From the IMG/VR virus record IMGVR_UViG_3300021958_000024: a stretch of DNA of 64,000 nucleotides; one strand, given 5' to 3'. The notes beneath the pieces are model-generated. The model saw only the letters and a list, made by a program, of their open reading frames with translations. It made no database searches and was not told the origin of the DNA. Positions 36,604-47,556 of the stretch are shown here, one piece after another (the stretch's first letter is position 1; every line of letters begins with the position of its first letter). The DNA comes from a virus (taxonomy: Duplodnaviria; Caudoviricetes). A program made the translations under genes and the position numbers.

Positions 36604-37569
36604 ATGGCGAAACTACCTGATTGTCATATAACTAAGAGACTCTTTGTTGGCGAAGGTTTAGCCGCATGTCTAGGAGTATCTGCAGCTGAGATTCGTGGTT
36701 CTGCATATATTGAAGGTCCTGCCGTTGTAGGTGTCCCATTAAAGTTTCTTCCATATGAAGCTGGGGTGATGATCAGTAATGTTCAAAATACTGATATGCT
36801 TGCAGTACCAGCTCCAAGTATTGTAAAAATACGATCTACATCAGTACCAACACCGATTGATGTAGTTATTGGAGATATTGCTGGACCTGTAGGAGTTAAT
36901 ATCTTCTGTGGTCCTATGCCATTTGTTGTTTCATCAACATCTATTTCTTTAAATACTTTATTGCGATTTGATGTTTCTAACTTTGACTCAAAGGTTGCAT
37001 CTCTAAAATCTGATATTGGAGCAAAGTTTTTTGCAGGAACAAAACTTGAAACTGGATTTGATTCTAATCTGGGATTAGCATTTAATGCGGCACCTTTATT
37101 TGGTGAAGCTCCAGCAGCATATCCAGACTTTGCTAGTGATGCTACAACTTTAAACACAACTTACGGTATTGCTCTTTCTAAAAAACCATTTGATATTTTA
37201 CACCCAACTAAGGATGGACATAGACTTAGATATGTTTCTTTAGAAGGACCAGCAGCAGAAGTATATTGTAGGGGTAAATCTACTTCTGATGTTATTGATC
37301 TGCCAGATTATTGGTTGGGATTGGTTGAGGAAGATTCTATAACCGTTAACTTAACTTCAGTTGGTAGTGATCAAAATCTATACGTCAAAGAAATTGTAGA
37401 CAACAAGATTTATGTTGGTGGTGGAGTATTGATGAATGGAGAAAGATTATTTAAGTACCACTATACAGTATTTGCAGAAAGAAAAGATACTGAAAAGAAT
37501 ATTCCAGAATATAAAGGGTTGACACCAGATGACTATCCAGGCGATAATAGTGAATATAGATTGAGTTAG
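36604..37569 (+). CDS. Tail spike-like protein with C-terminal chaperone-like domain
   Basis: KPFDI.HP.K.G.RLR...LEGP...VY.RG...I.LPDYW..LV..DSITV.LT motif common at the end of phage tail proteins. Confidence 0.65.
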   Translation: MAKLPDCHITKRLFVGEGLAACLGVSAAEIRGSAYIEGPAVVGVPLKFLPYEAGVMISNVQNTDMLAVPAPSIVKIRSTSVPTPIDVVIGDIAGPVGVNIFCGPMPFVVSSTSISLNTLLRFDVSNFDSKVASLKSDIGAKFFAGTKLETGFDSNLGLAFNAAPLFGEAPAAYPDFASDATTLNTTYGIALSKKPFDILHPTKDGHRLRYVSLEGPAAEVYCRGKSTSDVIDLPDYWLGLVEEDSITVNLTSVGSDQNLYVKEIVDNKIYVGGGVLMNGERLFKYHYTVFAERKDTEKNIPEYKGLTPDDYPGDNSEYRLS

Positions 37570-37570
37570 A

Positions 37571-38248
37571 ATGAAAAAAGTTCATGAGTTATTTCCTCTG
37601 GTAATCTACCAGGGAAGTTTGGATTGCCATGAAGAGTTTAAAAGAGATAATATAGAAAGTTTAAAGAAGTATTGGTTTAATGGTTATGAGCATGAATCTC
37701 CAGAAGCGTCGTCAAATATTTTTGCCCATTTAAATACTGACTATTCTGTGTTCTTCAAATCACTTAGAAAGGTATTTGATGATTATTTTGATACGTTGAA
37801 TATAAAATATGATAGATTAAGTTATCATATATGCAAATCATGGGTTGTTTATCATAGAGATGATACTACTCCGCCAATGGCACCACATAATCACAATGAG
37901 GCAAATATAAGTTTTGTGTATTATTTAAATACTGACGAAACTTCTGATAGATTTGTTGCTATGCAAATGAATAACAGTAATGAAGTATGTCAAGGATTCT
38001 TTGATACTGCTGACGTACATAACCTCATGACAAACTTCAATAGATATAACTGCAATAACTATACAATAACTCCTATAGAAGGTTCTGTTATTGTAATGCC
38101 TACTCAAACGTTCCATAAGACTATTAAAAAGAAAGCTAGAACAAATGAAAGAATTGCTATTGCTGGAGATGTTCGGGTTACTTTAAAACCAGAACATTTT
38201 AAACATCATCAAGGTTGTACACATCCCTCACAATGGTTGGAAATATGA
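37571..38248 (+). CDS. 2OG-Fe(II) oxygenase-like protein (TIGR02466 type)
   Basis: LFP..IY, SW, PHNH, ISFVYY, P.EG.....P....H, RIAIA. Confidence 0.75.
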   Translation: MKKVHELFPLVIYQGSLDCHEEFKRDNIESLKKYWFNGYEHESPEASSNIFAHLNTDYSVFFKSLRKVFDDYFDTLNIKYDRLSYHICKSWVVYHRDDTTPPMAPHNHNEANISFVYYLNTDETSDRFVAMQMNNSNEVCQGFFDTADVHNLMTNFNRYNCNNYTITPIEGSVIVMPTQTFHKTIKKKARTNERIAIAGDVRVTLKPEHFKHHQGCTHPSQWLEI

Positions 38249-38571
38249 CGTATAAGATTGTAAATGATTCTAGAAAACCTATTTTAATAAAACATTCTGA
38301 AATATGTTCCCCTCCACCAAATGATCTTCTCATAGATGATGTTGATACATCTTATCCAGGGATTGTTATTAAATACGAAAATGGTTATTTGATTGAAGAT
38401 GGTGTTCATAGAATGGCAAAACTTCAAAAACAAGGAATATTTGAGTCTCTATTTTATGTTGTAAGTATTGAAGAATATAGGAATGGAATGGTTTCCATGA
38501 AGTATCGAGAAACTTTTATAACTCTAGGTGCATGGAATCATAACTTTTTATCGCCAAGACCTCACAAATAA
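38245..38571 (+). CDS. ParB/Sulfiredoxin-like domain protein
   Basis: D.SYPGIV...Y.IEDG.HR..K motif; ATG 38245. Confidence 0.55.
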   Translation: MTYKIVNDSRKPILIKHSEICSPPPNDLLIDDVDTSYPGIVIKYENGYLIEDGVHRMAKLQKQGIFESLFYVVSIEEYRNGMVSMKYRETFITLGAWNHNFLSPRPHK

Positions 38572-38600
38572 ATAAACCATAGCAATGTTATGCGGAAGAA

Positions 38601-40229
38601 ATGGCTAAAAAAAGGAATGTTGAATCTATCGATAAGATTACATCCCAACTTATTACTGATAAGGTAGATATTGATAGATTTGCTAGAGAGCAAATAGTTA
38701 CTTTAGAAACTGCTAAAGTACCCTATCAAGAGGCATCTAAAAATTTAGATCTTTATTTGCTTGAAAGTTGTCAAGAAGTAAATACTGCTTATGAAAATGT
38801 AGAAAAATCTTATCAAAAGAGAATAGATGCTGGCGGTGCCAGTGATTTATTTTGGAGGATTGTGGGAGTATCTAGTCTTACTTCTACTACTCCAAATCCG
38901 AATACTGGACCACAAACAAAAGTTGTCGGTGTTTCATATGAGTTAAGATGTGAACGTTTGTCGAGAACGTATGATGCACAAGAAAATGTTGGATCAGGTT
39001 CTTCCACTTTTGATTTTAACCCTTCTAGCGTTCAAATATATCTTGGGAGAGAAGCGGGTATTGGTGATCAGCAACCATTAACGTCAGCTGGTAGTGATAT
39101 GGATAGTGTTTTTAAACCTGTCAATCTTCATGGGATAAAGATAGATATAGAACCATATAGTAGAGATGTTCTCGAAACTTATGTAAATGTTTCGATTGGA
39201 ACCGCTGATCTTGGAGGAACAAGACTATTTTTAGGTGAAATATATGATGATATTGAAATTGGACAGTTAGTTTCTTCAGAACCACAAATCTTATTTCCAG
39301 ACTCTGGTGTTAATATTGTAACTGGCGTTGGTACTGCAATCGCAAATCTTACAGGAATACCAAATACTTCTGGTGTAAATGGTGAGATAGTGACCTATGT
39401 TGATTTACGAGACCCCGTAACTCAACTTGTAACTGCTCCATTATTTGATGGGCAATATCCGACATTCACATTTTCAATATCTCCAGATCAAGTCTCTGAT
39501 AGTATTTCTGTTGGTGAACGTGATAGTCCTTATGAGCTTCAACAAGTGAAAAAAATGGTTGCATCTGATGCTGGAACAGGTGTAGAAGTAGAATACGATA
39601 ACTCTGGGGTGGAAGTGTATAATGCAGAATGGCCACATTTTATGGACGGATATCCAGACCCTAAGAATGTTAGTCGTATTATTAGAGAACCTAAAGTTGG
39701 AAGTGGAAAAGTATATTATCCAATTGGATTTGATAGAAAACCTTTGAAAGCTAGTGGTGGTAATGCTGCTGAGGGAGATACCAGAACAATATCGGAGTAT
39801 ATTTCTACATTTGGTGGATTTTTTGATCCTAACTCACCACAACATCCAGATTTTGTCCCCGCATATAGTAGTCAACTTAACAATACTCCAGAAATAGATG
39901 CTGAAATAAAATCTAATGAAACTGAAGCTTTACAAAAAGAGAGTTCATTGAAATATAATGATGAGTTTTATAATAGTATTTCTCTTGCCAACAAAATAAA
40001 AAAGGAATATAATGATTTTAATATTAGAATATGGGCATATAGAGTTCAAATCGGAAAAGCTAAACAGGAAAAACTAGAAAAAGAAGAGTTTAAAACTCTT
40101 ATCAATAATGATACATATAAACCTGTTGCCAATACTGGAGGGCCTCCAGTAGTAGATAGAAACTATCCAATGTCTTCTAATACCACTTTAATGACTTCGG
40201 CAGTTTTGACATTTGATATCACTGTATAA
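38601..40229 (+). CDS. Virion structural protein
   Basis: ATAAATA late promoter upstream, coiled-coil ends, VTGVGT motifs shared with other fibre proteins. Confidence 0.6.
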   Translation: MAKKRNVESIDKITSQLITDKVDIDRFAREQIVTLETAKVPYQEASKNLDLYLLESCQEVNTAYENVEKSYQKRIDAGGASDLFWRIVGVSSLTSTTPNPNTGPQTKVVGVSYELRCERLSRTYDAQENVGSGSSTFDFNPSSVQIYLGREAGIGDQQPLTSAGSDMDSVFKPVNLHGIKIDIEPYSRDVLETYVNVSIGTADLGGTRLFLGEIYDDIEIGQLVSSEPQILFPDSGVNIVTGVGTAIANLTGIPNTSGVNGEIVTYVDLRDPVTQLVTAPLFDGQYPTFTFSISPDQVSDSISVGERDSPYELQQVKKMVASDAGTGVEVEYDNSGVEVYNAEWPHFMDGYPDPKNVSRIIREPKVGSGKVYYPIGFDRKPLKASGGNAAEGDTRTISEYISTFGGFFDPNSPQHPDFVPAYSSQLNNTPEIDAEIKSNETEALQKESSLKYNDEFYNSISLANKIKKEYNDFNIRIWAYRVQIGKAKQEKLEKEEFKTLINNDTYKPVANTGGPPVVDRNYPMSSNTTLMTSAVLTFDITV

Positions 40230-40264
40230 ATAATAAAAAATCGCCTCAAGATAGTAAAAATATT

Positions 40265-40885
40265 ATGTCTAAGTCTATTATCAATGTCGGTGCATTTGCT
40301 AATGACGCTAATGGAGATAGTTTAAGAGCAGCAGGTCAAAAAATCAATGACAACTTTACTGAGATCTATGATTATCTTGGGAATGGATCTGCAATTTCTG
40401 GCACTGTTCAATCTGCACAAACTGCATATTATTCTGAGATATCGGGAATCTCCACTTATTCCAAAGGATTAGCAGATAGTCCTCAGATTGCTGTAGATGG
40501 TGTTTCATGTGCAGGTATTGTTACTATGGCAAATAGTAACATTGTTGGAACTGCAGCAACATTTATTGCTGCAGGTATAACTACGGTAAGTTCTTCTTTA
40601 CAAGCATTTCATAAAGTTGATTATAGTAATAACGACGTACAAGTACATATTTCAGATTTTAAATCAGGATCTGTTTTTGAAGTTATTCTTAGAAACACAT
40701 CTGGTGGTTCTAGAAATATTCAAATTTTCACAAGTGAAACTGATACTGGTCATGTCGCCGTTCCTTTATTAGGATCACCCTATGATACTTTAGTTACTAC
40801 TGGAATTATTAGTCTTGGTGCTACCAGAATGATGAGTGTACGAATATGGAATGAGAACGGTTCCGTCTACGGCACGTATGGTTGA
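40265..40885 (+). CDS. Baseplate wedge/tail fibre connector-like protein (gp9/gp10 N-terminal motif)
   Basis: INVG..AND..GD.LR.AG.KIN.NF.EIY. Confidence 0.7.
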   Translation: MSKSIINVGAFANDANGDSLRAAGQKINDNFTEIYDYLGNGSAISGTVQSAQTAYYSEISGISTYSKGLADSPQIAVDGVSCAGIVTMANSNIVGTAATFIAAGITTVSSSLQAFHKVDYSNNDVQVHISDFKSGSVFEVILRNTSGGSRNIQIFTSETDTGHVAVPLLGSPYDTLVTTGIISLGATRMMSVRIWNENGSVYGTYG

Positions 40886-40910
40886 CAACTGCCCTCCACC
40901 CTGCTAAGAT
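40882..40910 (+). promoter_or_regulatory. sigma70-type promoter
   Basis: TTGACA-17 nt-TAAGAT. Confidence 0.6.
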
Positions 40911-40939
40911 ATATGGGTAATCGAGAACAGGACAACGAA

Positions 40940-41116
40940 ATGCAAAATGAGTACCTGACAAGGTGCGTTGTAGATCCATCTCGTAAAACAGTTTATATCT
41001 ATGGGAGTGAAGGAAACGAAAATGAAATCGTTTGCGAGACCATTGATCAGTTTATGAACATGCTTAAGTTTATTCGTGCTACAGTTGATGAAGACATTTT
41101 AGGTTACGCTGAATGA
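40940..41116 (+). CDS. Conserved cyanophage hypothetical protein
   Basis: EYLTRCVVD...YIY.SEG....C.T.DQFMN. Confidence 0.65.
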   Translation: MQNEYLTRCVVDPSRKTVYIYGSEGNENEIVCETIDQFMNMLKFIRATVDEDILGYAE

Positions 41117-41301
41117 GACCAGAAACACGAGAAGCAATGGAAATGTTGTTCTCTGCTAAATGGAACTTGCCAAAAGCAGCACAACATGCTAATCTTACTA
41201 ATAAGGAGATGAAGATTACTTTTAACGAGTATTGCAACTTTCATCCTCCATTATTATATGAACTTGATTTAGAAAATCCCGAACTATTACCTACTGACTA
41301 A
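41113..41301 (+). CDS. Conserved cyanophage hypothetical protein
   Basis: MRPETREAMEMLF.AKWNLPKAA. Confidence 0.7.
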   Translation: MRPETREAMEMLFSAKWNLPKAAQHANLTNKEMKITFNEYCNFHPPLLYELDLENPELLPTD

Positions 41302-41471
41302 TGAAAATCAATCTTTGGTATTCCGAACAAAAAAAACAATGGAGATGGGTGTTGTGTGATGATACTGATAGAATGAGACAAGAGTCTGGTCAACAACCAT
41401 TTCTAAGAGATGCAATGGAAGACGTTACAAATACTGTAGAATATATGCTTAAAACAATGCAATCTGAGTAA
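41301..41471 (+). CDS. Hypothetical protein (56 aa), not in ORF track
   Basis: MKINLWYSEQKKQWRW...QESG..P.LRDAM.DV..TVEYM; coupled start. Confidence 0.65.
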   Translation: MKINLWYSEQKKQWRWVLCDDTDRMRQESGQQPFLRDAMEDVTNTVEYMLKTMQSE

Positions 41472-41511
41472 AAAGAAGAGGCTGTGTTTATTCACAGTCT
41501 CTTCTTTTTTT
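41472..41511 (+). terminator. Intrinsic terminator
   Basis: AAAGAAGAGGCTGTG...CACAGTCTCTTCTTT + T-tract. Confidence 0.8.
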
Positions 41512-41553
41512 GATTGATAAATAACTTATAACGGAAACTATAATGTAAATAAA

Positions 41554-44500
41554 ATGGGTCTCTCCAGATTAGATAATTTTCTAAAGTCAACTCGCGGAAC
41601 TATTCTTTACGTTGACCCAAATAGTCTTGACTCAACTGATAGCATTGAAAATCAAGGTAACTCTTTGACCAGACCCTTTAAAACTATTCAAAGGGCATTG
41701 GTTGAAGCATCTAGATTCTCATATCAAAGGGGAAAAGGTAACGATAGATTCGGTAAAACAACTATTCTACTTTATCCAGGCGACCACATTGTAGATAATA
41801 GACCTGGATGGATTCCTACTAGTAACTCATTCACCCTAAGAACTAGTGAGGTTAGAGACGACTTTGGTGAATGGACATTAGACACTAACTTTGACCTAAA
41901 CTCAGAAAGAAACGCTTTATACAAACTAAACAGTATTCATGGTGGTGTCATTGTACCTAGAGGTACTTCTATTGTTGGTTTAGATTTAAGAAAAACTAGG
42001 ATTATTCCTAGGTATGTTCCAAGTCCAACAAATGATCAGATTGAAGCATCTGCTATTTTTAGAGTAACTGGTGCATGTTATTTATGGCAGTTTACTATTC
42101 TAGATGCTGATCCAAATACCACATGTTATGCTGATTACACTACTAACCAGTTTATTCCAAACTTCTCTCACCACAAACTGAGAGTATTTGAATATGCTGA
42201 TGGTGTTAATAATGTAGTCATTAATGATGCGTTTATTAATGGTACTGCAGGTGAGTTCGATAGAACTGATCTTGACATGTACTATGAGAAAGTTGGTATT
42301 GTTTACGGTCAGAATGCTGGTAGAGAGATTCCAAATGACTATCCACCATCTGATCTAGTTGATATTGAACCAGTTATTGATGAATATAGAATCGTTGGTC
42401 CAAAGGGTGATGAAGTAGGTATTGCTAGTATCCGTTCTGGCAATGGAACACTTTCTTCAACTCTTGTTACTGTTACAACATCTGAACCACTTGATGGTAT
42501 CAGTGTGAATACTGCTATCGAGATTCAGGGCGTATCAACTCCTGGATATGATGGTAAATATGTAGTTTCTGGTGTTAATAGTCCAACAGAATTTGAATAT
42601 AAGGTACAAAATCCTCCTCCAGAAGCATTAGGAAACGTAACATCTTCAACTGTCAATCTGATTGTTGATACGGTATCATCTGCATCACCATATGTCTTTA
42701 ACTGTACGCTACGAAGCGTATATGGTATGTGTGGTCTATTAGCAGATGGATCTAAAGCAACTGGTTTCGTATCGATGGTGGTTGCTCAATATACTGGTGT
42801 TGGTCTGCAAAAGGATGAGAATGCATTTGTTAAGTATGATACTACTTCAGGTACATACAAGGATGCTACATCAAATCTTATCAATCTTTCATCAAATACT
42901 TTATCGCAATATAAACCAGATTATGAGAACTTCCATATTAAAGCGACAAATAACTCTTACTTACAGTTAGTTTCTGTATTCGCTATTGGATTCTCTCATC
43001 AGTTTGTATCTGAGAATGGTGCAGATATTTCTCTCAATAACTCCAACTCAAACTTTGGTAATAAAGCACTTGTTTCAAAAGGATTTAAACAGGATGCATT
43101 CAGAAAAGATGATGTTGGATATATCAGTCATTTAATTGCACCAAAAGAACTAGAGTCCGAAGACTATACAGTAGAGTTTTATTCTATTGACGTAAATACT
43201 ACAGTTGGTGTTGGAAGTACATCAAGAATGTACTTATATAATCAAACTAACGAAAACATTGTTCCAAATACTGTATTTGACGGATTTAGGGTTGGTGCTA
43301 AAGAAAATGATAAAATCTTCTTAGATGTATTTGATACGGCAGGTATTAAGAGTACCTATTCGGCAACTATTGTTATGCCGAATGCAGATTTTACTGATGG
43401 CATTTATGGCGCATATAGAAGAGACGATTTAGAGTTTTCATCAAAGAAACAGTTCTCAGTAAGAAGAACAAATAATGATACTGAGAATGACATTTTCAAT
43501 AATGTCATTTCTTTCAATGAACCTCACCAATTCTTAACTGGTGAATCTGTAAGAATATTATCTGATAATGGTAACTTACCTGATGGTATTGAAGAGGATA
43601 GAGTTTATTTTGTTATTACAGATTCTCTAGATCCAGTTGGATTAGGAACTACACAGATCAAACTGGCAACATCACTATCAGACTCCTTCCAAGAAAATGT
43701 GGTATCTATTAATGAAAAAGGCGGAAACTTAAAGATTATCAGTAAAGTATCTGATAAAGTTGCTGGAGATTATGGACATCCTCTCCAATGGGATGATCAA
43801 TACAATCAATGGTATTTAAATGTATCAAAGATTTCTGTCAGTAATCTAGGAGAAAATGATCTTTATAATGGTATTGTTGGACTTGGAACGACATCTCTTG
43901 GCAATGCTACATCCAGAACTTACTTTAAGAGAAAGATTGATAATAGATCATATTCTGACAACCTCTATAGTTTGAGATTTGTTATTCCAAAAGATTCTAA
44001 CATTGAATCTAGAGATCCACTTGATTCATTTATTTTACAAGAATCTAGTGCAGGCATTACAACATCTACAGAAGTTGTAAAGTATTTTGATCCAACAGGA
44101 TCACTATCACTATCAAACTCAACAGAACTTAGAAATCCAAGATTTATTTCCACATGTAGTTGGAGTGCTGGTCAAATCACTGTTGGCACAGAACTACCAC
44201 ACGATCTTGTTCCTGGTTCTGAAGTAACTATTATTAATGCTATCAGTGCTAATAATACTGATGGAACATTTAATAAAGGTTATAACGGATCATTTACTGT
44301 TACTGGTGTCAATAACTCTAGAGAGTTTACCTATAACTATGAATATGATCCAGGTGCATTCCAAAGTGATGTAAATACGAGAGACGAAAATCTTCCACGT
44401 TTCTATAAGAGTAAGTTAAGAAATACTTTCCAAGCATATAAGATTGAGAATGTTAAGCAATACATTCCAAGTTATCAGGATGGTGTTTATCATATTATTC

Positions 44501-47500
44501 CAATAAGAGCTTCAGAGTCTCCTATTGTTGCACCATTTACTGATAAGAAATATACACAGTCTTTAAGGAATCTATATCCTAGACTTGATAGAGACAATCT
44601 AGTATCAGATCCAAAAGAAGCAAGATCATTTGCTACCTCAGAGAAGATTGGTATTGTTGTTGTAGATGATCCACACAATAGTTTGACTAAAGAATCATCA
44701 AGATCATTCTTAAAAGATCTTGGTGTGGGTGTTGGAGTAACAAACATTGTATCTGATAGTGTGGGAGTATCCCATACAATCTTTACTGATATTGATCATA
44801 GTCTTTTTGGTATTACAAACCTAAGTATCCAAAGTATTGGATCTCAATATATTCCAGGCATTTACTATAATGTCCCATTAACATCTGGAGTATCATCAAC
44901 TACAGGATTTAATGCAACTGCTAGAGTGAGCGTTAGTGCTGCTGGTACTATTACAGATGTTACTATCATGAATCCTGGTAGTGCATATGGTATTGGTAAT
45001 ACATTATCACTTGCAACAAATATAAGCAGACAGGTTGGATCGTATGATGCGACAGTAAGAGTTGAAGGTATTAATGATGCAACTGGCGAAACTCTAGAAG
45101 TTTCTGGTATTGGAACTGGTAACTATACAAATCTGTATAGAATCTCTGGATATGAAGTTGGAGATGCTAAGAAGGTATTTGCTTATTCATCTGAAGATAT
45201 TATAGAACCAAATACTGGTGTAAATAGAATCATCGTTAGATCTACTGATAATGCTTCGATGATTAATGTTGGTAGATCAATCAAATCTTCCAGTGTCATT
45301 TATGATAATAGAGTTGGAGTTGCTACCTTTACATTCCCAAGAGCTCATGGTTTCTCTTTAGATGATAAAGTTAGAGTTGGTGGAGCAACAACTGAAGTAT
45401 TCAATGGAGACTTTATTGTTAAGTCTGTAGAATCTACAAGTTCTTTTGTTGCACCAACAAAGTTAAGTATCAATGTTAAAGGGTGGGATACTATAACTCC
45501 TATCGGAACTCCTATCTTCCATCCACATGGTTTAACATCAAGAGGAGGAACAGTTTCAAACGAATCTGAACTATATTCTTCAAGACTATTCACTACTTAT
45601 GCTGGTGTTTCTACACAAATCGGAAATACTATTAATGTATCCGACTCTAACAATGATCCAATCACTATTAACAGCGCAGTAGAAAGAGGGTTTAAACTTG
45701 GGGATTATGTTCAGATTGGAAATGAGATTCTAAGAATCAGATCTGGAGTTTCCAGCGATACTGTATATGTTTTTAGATCTCTACTAGGAACTGCAAAAGA
45801 AACTCATAGAGATACTAGCGTAATCAATAAGATTAAGGTACAACCTATTGAGTTTAGAAGAAACTCTATTATTAAAGCTTCTGCACATACGTTTGAATAT
45901 GTTGGTTTTGGTCCTGGTAACTATTCAACATCACTACCAGATAAGCAAGATAGAGTTCTAGGTTCACAGGAAGAAGTTCGCGCTATTTCTGAAAAGAATG
46001 AAGGTGGCGTGGTATTCTTCAGTGGAATGAATAGTAATGGAGATTTCTATACTGGTAACAAGAAAATCAACTCTTCTACTGGTGAAGAAAATCTGTTTGA
46101 TCTACCTGTACCAACAGTAACTGGTGAAGAACCAGATAAATCTAAATCAATCTTTGGTTTTGAGGTACTATCTCCAATGGAGATTAGTATTGGTAGAGCT
46201 ATTAGAGTTGAAGGTGGAAAGGACAAGAACGTTGTATCAAGATTTGATGGTCCAGTAATCTTTAATAACAAACTCACATCATATTCTACTAAAGGTATTG
46301 AAGCAAACTCCTTATATCTCCAGGGTTCTGAAAACGTATCTAGAAAGTATACTTTATCTGGAACAAAACCAGATTATACTGGAAACTATGGTGATATCGT
46401 ATTTTATTCAGATCCTAAGGATAAGGGATATACTGGATGGGTTTATACTCAAGAAAATAGATGGATGAATTGGGGATTTATTGGTGGACCAGCAATCCAA
46501 CTATCAACAAATAATAATAATGTAGGATTTATTTCTGCAATCAATATTGTTGGTCTAGGTCTGACATTAACCACTCAATACACTTCAGGTGCTAATGGTG
46601 GTATTTCTACTATTATTATTGATGATAATCCACTGATTGCCATTTCAACTGGTCCTTATAACCAACTTGTTGGTAATGCCAATCAAATGAACTTTGTTGG
46701 TGGTGGTATTACACTATCACAGATTGGACCTGCTGGAATAGTTACCGTCTACATGGAGAAGATCAATGTAGAAGCACTAGCACCATCTGGTCCATATCAG
46801 TCCATTCAGTTCCATGAAAGCGATGATACATTTGGCGGTGTTCCTTATTTTGCGTATAACAATGTAACTGGAACACTTGATATTGGTCCTACATCTTGGA
46901 CAAGTGATGGATTTGTAAGCTTTGGAACTACAAATCCAACATCTAAAGTTGAGATTTATACTGCTGCTGAAAGAGCACTTTATATTAACTCTACTTCTGG
47001 TACTGGTGAGATTGTAAGGATTGAAAACGTTGGTAGTGACCTGAGTCCATTCATCATTGATATTGATGGTAACGTTGGTATCAATACTGGAAATGTTCTA
47101 GCAGGTATTTCTCTACAAGTTAATGGTAATATTGGTGTTGTTGGAGATATTAGATTCTTCAATCCAAATCAATCATTCTATGCTGGATTTAAGGCACAGG
47201 ATGACCTTAGTACTAATCTTGTTTGGGAACTTCCAAAGATTGTTGGTTCTGCTAAGAGTATTATGATTAGTGAAACTTCTGGAACTATTGGATGGTCTAC
47301 AATCTCAGATCTATTAGCAATAACATCAACCGATGCTCTACCTGAAGGAGATGCAAATCTTTATCATACTGTTCAAAGAGTTGTTAATGCTTACATGAAC
47401 TCTTTAGGAAAACAGGTTGGTATTGCAATCACGTATAATCCAACTACACAAAAGATTGATTATGAGACATGTTTAGAAGAAGGTAAATATTTCTTCTCTA

Positions 47501-47520
47501 GTTTTGGAGTTATGCTTTGA
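41554..47520 (+). CDS. Large virion structural / tail fibre protein (1988 aa)
   Basis: M.LSRL.NFL...G..LYV.P...D.TD.I.N.G.S...PFKTIQRA; repeated beta modules; late promoter upstream. Confidence 0.8.
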   Translation: MGLSRLDNFLKSTRGTILYVDPNSLDSTDSIENQGNSLTRPFKTIQRALVEASRFSYQRGKGNDRFGKTTILLYPGDHIVDNRPGWIPTSNSFTLRTSEVRDDFGEWTLDTNFDLNSERNALYKLNSIHGGVIVPRGTSIVGLDLRKTRIIPRYVPSPTNDQIEASAIFRVTGACYLWQFTILDADPNTTCYADYTTNQFIPNFSHHKLRVFEYADGVNNVVINDAFINGTAGEFDRTDLDMYYEKVGIVYGQNAGREIPNDYPPSDLVDIEPVIDEYRIVGPKGDEVGIASIRSGNGTLSSTLVTVTTSEPLDGISVNTAIEIQGVSTPGYDGKYVVSGVNSPTEFEYKVQNPPPEALGNVTSSTVNLIVDTVSSASPYVFNCTLRSVYGMCGLLADGSKATGFVSMVVAQYTGVGLQKDENAFVKYDTTSGTYKDATSNLINLSSNTLSQYKPDYENFHIKATNNSYLQLVSVFAIGFSHQFVSENGADISLNNSNSNFGNKALVSKGFKQDAFRKDDVGYISHLIAPKELESEDYTVEFYSIDVNTTVGVGSTSRMYLYNQTNENIVPNTVFDGFRVGAKENDKIFLDVFDTAGIKSTYSATIVMPNADFTDGIYGAYRRDDLEFSSKKQFSVRRTNNDTENDIFNNVISFNEPHQFLTGESVRILSDNGNLPDGIEEDRVYFVITDSLDPVGLGTTQIKLATSLSDSFQENVVSINEKGGNLKIISKVSDKVAGDYGHPLQWDDQYNQWYLNVSKISVSNLGENDLYNGIVGLGTTSLGNATSRTYFKRKIDNRSYSDNLYSLRFVIPKDSNIESRDPLDSFILQESSAGITTSTEVVKYFDPTGSLSLSNSTELRNPRFISTCSWSAGQITVGTELPHDLVPGSEVTIINAISANNTDGTFNKGYNGSFTVTGVNNSREFTYNYEYDPGAFQSDVNTRDENLPRFYKSKLRNTFQAYKIENVKQYIPSYQDGVYHIIPIRASESPIVAPFTDKKYTQSLRNLYPRLDRDNLVSDPKEARSFATSEKIGIVVVDDPHNSLTKESSRSFLKDLGVGVGVTNIVSDSVGVSHTIFTDIDHSLFGITNLSIQSIGSQYIPGIYYNVPLTSGVSSTTGFNATARVSVSAAGTITDVTIMNPGSAYGIGNTLSLATNISRQVGSYDATVRVEGINDATGETLEVSGIGTGNYTNLYRISGYEVGDAKKVFAYSSEDIIEPNTGVNRIIVRSTDNASMINVGRSIKSSSVIYDNRVGVATFTFPRAHGFSLDDKVRVGGATTEVFNGDFIVKSVESTSSFVAPTKLSINVKGWDTITPIGTPIFHPHGLTSRGGTVSNESELYSSRLFTTYAGVSTQIGNTINVSDSNNDPITINSAVERGFKLGDYVQIGNEILRIRSGVSSDTVYVFRSLLGTAKETHRDTSVINKIKVQPIEFRRNSIIKASAHTFEYVGFGPGNYSTSLPDKQDRVLGSQEEVRAISEKNEGGVVFFSGMNSNGDFYTGNKKINSSTGEENLFDLPVPTVTGEEPDKSKSIFGFEVLSPMEISIGRAIRVEGGKDKNVVSRFDGPVIFNNKLTSYSTKGIEANSLYLQGSENVSRKYTLSGTKPDYTGNYGDIVFYSDPKDKGYTGWVYTQENRWMNWGFIGGPAIQLSTNNNNVGFISAINIVGLGLTLTTQYTSGANGGISTIIIDDNPLIAISTGPYNQLVGNANQMNFVGGGITLSQIGPAGIVTVYMEKINVEALAPSGPYQSIQFHESDDTFGGVPYFAYNNVTGTLDIGPTSWTSDGFVSFGTTNPTSKVEIYTAAERALYINSTSGTGEIVRIENVGSDLSPFIIDIDGNVGINTGNVLAGISLQVNGNIGVVGDIRFFNPNQSFYAGFKAQDDLSTNLVWELPKIVGSAKSIMISETSGTIGWSTISDLLAITSTDALPEGDANLYHTVQRVVNAYMNSLGKQVGIAITYNPTTQKIDYETCLEEGKYFFSSFGVML

Positions 47521-47521
47521 T

Positions 47522-47556
47522 AAAAAAAAGGGAGGGTTTGATCCCTCCCTTTTTTA
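47522..47556. terminator. Bidirectional intrinsic terminator
   Basis: AAAAAAGGGAGGG-tttgat-CCCTCCCTTTTTT between convergent genes. Confidence 0.85.
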
